From Selaginella moellendorffii (Eukaryota > Plantae > Lycopodiophyta), in NCBI RefSeq assembly GCF_000143415.4, contig NW_003314457.1:17302-79028 (forward strand): a stretch of 61,727 nt of DNA, given 5' to 3'. Position 1 is the first letter of the stretch. Every line of letters starts with the position of its first letter. The notes beneath the pieces are model-generated. The model was not told the origin of the DNA. It was given only the letters and a program-made list of their open reading frames with translations, and made no database searches. Position numbers and translations under genes: made by a program. This document shows, piece by piece, positions 59,932 to 61,727 of this stretch.

Positions 59932-60934
59932 TCAAGCTACAGGAGGCCTCAAGAGAGAATCCTCCGTCGAAGTGGACGACGAAGGCATCCATTGCCACAT
60001 CCCGCCTGCCGGGAAGGCCGACACCGTCTCGAGCTTGAGCTTTTCGGAGGGTGGAAGCGAGTGGTTTTGAGCAGCCAGTGCCGCGGCCGCGGCCGCTGCT
60101 TGGTACGCGGGATGAGGGACGAAGGAGACCGAGAACGTCTTTAGCTGCTCTTCGAGCCTCTCCTTCTCGGCTTTTAGTCTGAGCTTCTCGTCCCGGAGTT
60201 CGTTCTTCTCAATCTGCGGAAGCGAGCGAGAGTAATTGCTTTGCTTTGCTCTGCTGTGTCGCACTAACGAACCTTTAAGTCTTTAACAGCTTCACGGAGC
60301 TTGTCGTTGGATTCCTTGAGCTGCTGGGCCTCTTGTCGCAGCTGCAGCAAAACGCATGCCGCTTCGATGAGGATGGCGGATTTGTCGGACTTGAGAGGCC
60401 TTCCCGGTTCCAGTGCGCCGCTCAATTCCAGAAACCTGTCAAGAGTACAACTTTTCAACACAGGAGTCCCGTGGAAACAGTGAGGCAACTCACTTATCAT
60501 TGAGCTTATCCCGTCTCATCTTCTCTCGGACAGCCTTGGAGGACGTTGCATCGTCCCGCGGCCTGCAAAATCGAACGAAGAACAAGCAAAACTTGTCAAC
60601 CAAACTTCAAACTCAGGGACTCGGAAGAAATGAGAATAAGATCGTCGCGACGGGCGAAGCAGAGCTACAAGACTAAAGAAAAAGTCGACCTTTTGCGAGG
60701 CGATTTGTCAAGCTTTAGAGACTCGGCTCTGCAAGAGACGCGATTGTGATGAATCCGAGGTGAAAATGAAAGTTGGAGTTACCTGAAACAAGAACCATGT
60801 TGCAATTGGACCTGTTCTTGCTGCTCCGAAGAGAGAACAAGAATCGGCTGCGGCTTGGTGAGCTCCTCCAACAAACTTTCGTCCAGGAAAGCTAGCCACT
60901 GCCTGCTCTGTGCCGAGAAGCAAGAATAAGCCAT
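59932..60934 (-). CDS. bHLH-leucine zipper transcription factor, clade IVc (ILR3/bHLH105-like), about 5 exons
   Basis: SKAVREKMRRDKLNDKFLEL...LEPGRPLKSDK.AIL, EKNELRDEK.RLKAEKERLE.QLK, MWQWMP...LRPPVA; start inferred (MAYSCFSAQSRQWLAFLDE). Confidence 0.9.
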
Positions 60935-61727
60935 TTAATTCTCCACCTTGATCGGCTCCGGGAAGAAAAAAATTCGATTTTTGAGACTCCAAAATCCCCT
61001 CTCCCAGCCCCCAACCTGTTCACAAATTTCCTTCTTTCTTTGTTTCTCTGTGTCCTGTGTGTTCTTCAGCCCTCACCGGGCATGCCTCCTCGTAGACACA
61101 AATGGCCCACAAATACAGTGTTTACACCACCAAACTTAGTGATGCTGGCTTTACCACTCTAGCTCGGTGTTGGCCTTCACCTTTGTTTTGGCGGCAAGGG
61201 GAAAAGCTTACCACTAGCATGATCGTCGTTGCTAGCTATCCCTCTCAATCATTCAACTCCGCATTGGAAACAGTATCATATAGCTGCAAAATCGAAGAAA
61301 AACGAACTCGTTAAAACAAGGAGTGGCCCAGCTTTTGAGAGCACCTGTTTGTCGTCGTAGAGGGCCACTTGAGCTAACTTGTCGGTATCGACCAAGCGCT
61401 TGTGTCGGCCTCAAACCTCGCCATCAATCTCGAGCTAAAAGAAAAATCGGCAAGATATAAGAAGGGTAAAGATGACACGAGCCTTGCAGATTCTTAACTA
61501 TGGCAATTCAACGCGCTTAGAAGGAATAAACATACAACAAAAAACACACTGCATTCAACGCAATAACAAGGGATTAGTTTACGAGACGAGATAAAACCTT
61601 TACCTTGGAATCGGAACAGAGCTCCATGAACTAGAGCAATGTGTTTCGCTTTTGATGTCAGAGGACTAATCTCGAACCAGCCAAGTGCCACCACTCAACA
61701 ACATGCAACCGAATGTGACTTTTGTCT

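Noticed and set aside
61300-61727. Possible exon or UTR of a minus-strand gene entering from the right edge
   Set aside because: Stops in all three minus frames and no recognisable protein; only a splice-donor-like site near 61603

Overview
Gene-dense, TE-interrupted land-plant nuclear sequence. Introns of 47-69 nt, tight gene spacing, a DYW-PPR relic and a 5S-like segment resembling seed-free plants suggest a lycophyte such as Selaginella; this is inference. All coordinates and identities were read by eye. Left arm: a Copia fragment, a head-to-head pair of non-RD G-type lectin (S-domain) receptor kinases present in three copies (only gene B at 7454-9945 is intact), a Pollen Ole e 1/extensin gene in two copies, an MDR reductase, an intronless GC-rich head-to-head pair DGAT1 / divergent SF3B4, TTI1, and pseudogenes of a carboxylesterase and a DYW-PPR. 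Middle (about 22-45 kb and 51-56 kb): nested LTR retrotransposons. These are three copies of a short-LTR Ty3/gypsy family (tRNA-Ala-type PBS, 4-bp TSD), two Cassandra-type TRIMs whose LTRs carry a 5S rRNA internal promoter segment, and a young long-LTR element inserted into an older relative and turned into a large inverted repeat by a 2.7-kb inversion. Right arm: chloroplast J-domain/ferredoxin protein, TL19 PsbP-family protein, and an ILR3-type bHLH. Best leads: the 5S-carrying TRIMs, the paired S-domain kinases with a W-box-rich bidirectional promoter, the N-terminally short intronless DGAT1 next to a fast-evolving SF3B4, and inversion scars at three size scales.
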